Assembly (NCBI GenBank): GCA_038087875.1
Contig: CM075993.1
Span: forward strand, 5,210,001-5,274,000
Length of the DNA: 64,000 bases
Origin: Malacoraja senta
Lineage: Eukaryota
Direction: 5' to 3'
Below, piece by piece: positions 63,086 to 64,000 of the stretch. The notes under the pieces were generated by a model. The model made no database searches. It was not told the DNA's origin and was given only the letters and a program-made list of their open reading frames with translations. Each line of letters begins with the position of its first letter. The first letter of the stretch is position 1. The position numbers and the translations under genes were made by a program.

Positions 63086-64000
63086 GTTTATAATGAGTAT
63101 AATAGACCATTGGGGAAGATACAGAATGCAGAATATAGTTCTCAGCATTGTACTGCATCGGTTCCACAGACAAAGTCCAATATCCTCAATGGGGTGAAGG
63201 TGAATCATACAATTGTATTCATTATGCATGCCTGTTATGTTCGACTGCGGTATTAAGGGACATTGCAAATGTAATTGGAGCCATCGTACTCCTAAAAAGG
63301 AAAATTAATTCTTTGAGCCAGCATTTTAGTTCTTCCAGTCTACAAGATTCCAGACTATATGGGTTGAGTCTCCAAATTTTTATAAAAGGATAAACTGGAA
63401 ATACTTATTTAGATGCCGGCTTAAGGTCCAACCATGTGTGCCACTGTGAAACTGTTTTAAACAAAGCCTCACTAATAGGTTTGTAAAGCATTTTTTGCGT
63501 TTTATGGCTTCTCCCAGACAACCAATGCATCCACTGTTCATAAAGAACAACAATTAGTTTGCACAAGCACTGCATTCACACTAGGGTCTCTGCAGCGTTA
63601 GTCATTCTGTGCAGTCAGCAGCACCCTGTAACCACCATGTGAAAGCAGCCCTGTCTCATTCACAAACCCTCCCAATCTTTGGTGGCAATTTGCAGTCAAG
63701 TAACTATCTTGAATCATTGCACGTTCCTTGAGATGATTTTATTTTTATCTATTTTTGCTTGTACTAGATTTTTTTCCCCCTCTTTTAAAAAAAAAAAGAC
63801 TGTGCTGGAATAACACAGCTTGTCTGGCAGCATCTCTGGAGAACATGGACAGATGACATTTCAGGTCAGGTCTCTTCTTACTGCAGTCTGAAGAAGGGTT
63901 CCAACCCGAATCGTCGGTCCATGTCGCTGTTGATGGTGACCACATGATCCATGATCACATTGACTGGCGGTGCTGGCTCGAAGGGCCAAATGGCCTACTC

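Overview
Eukaryotic (vertebrate) genomic DNA. The repeat content (tRNA-derived V-SINE/HE1-like SINEs, CR1, Rex1/Babar, Penelope, L1, HERO, Tc1) suggests a cartilaginous fish, probably a skate or ray; this is inference. The window holds one protein-coding gene, HMG20A, on the + strand. It has 8 coding exons at 35040/35043-54614 that splice in frame to a 351-352 aa HMG-box plus coiled-coil protein. A CpG-rich promoter with a probable non-coding first exon lies at ~2320-2772, and a probable 3' exon starts at 56223. Nearly all other ORFs in the track are transposon remnants or noise. The most notable observation is a 123-nt minus-strand insertion (56914-57036) flanked by an imperfect target-site duplication. 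Its first 54 nt fold into a complete minimal HDV/CPEB3-like ribozyme whose predicted cleavage site coincides with the element's 5' boundary. Also present are many Penelope pseudo-LTR copies carrying minimal hammerhead-like cores, a HERO 3' UTR with pseudoknot potential, and an HMG20A stop codon that overlaps a splice donor. Exon and ribozyme coordinates were counted by hand, repeat boundaries are approximate, and family names come from recognition rather than database search.
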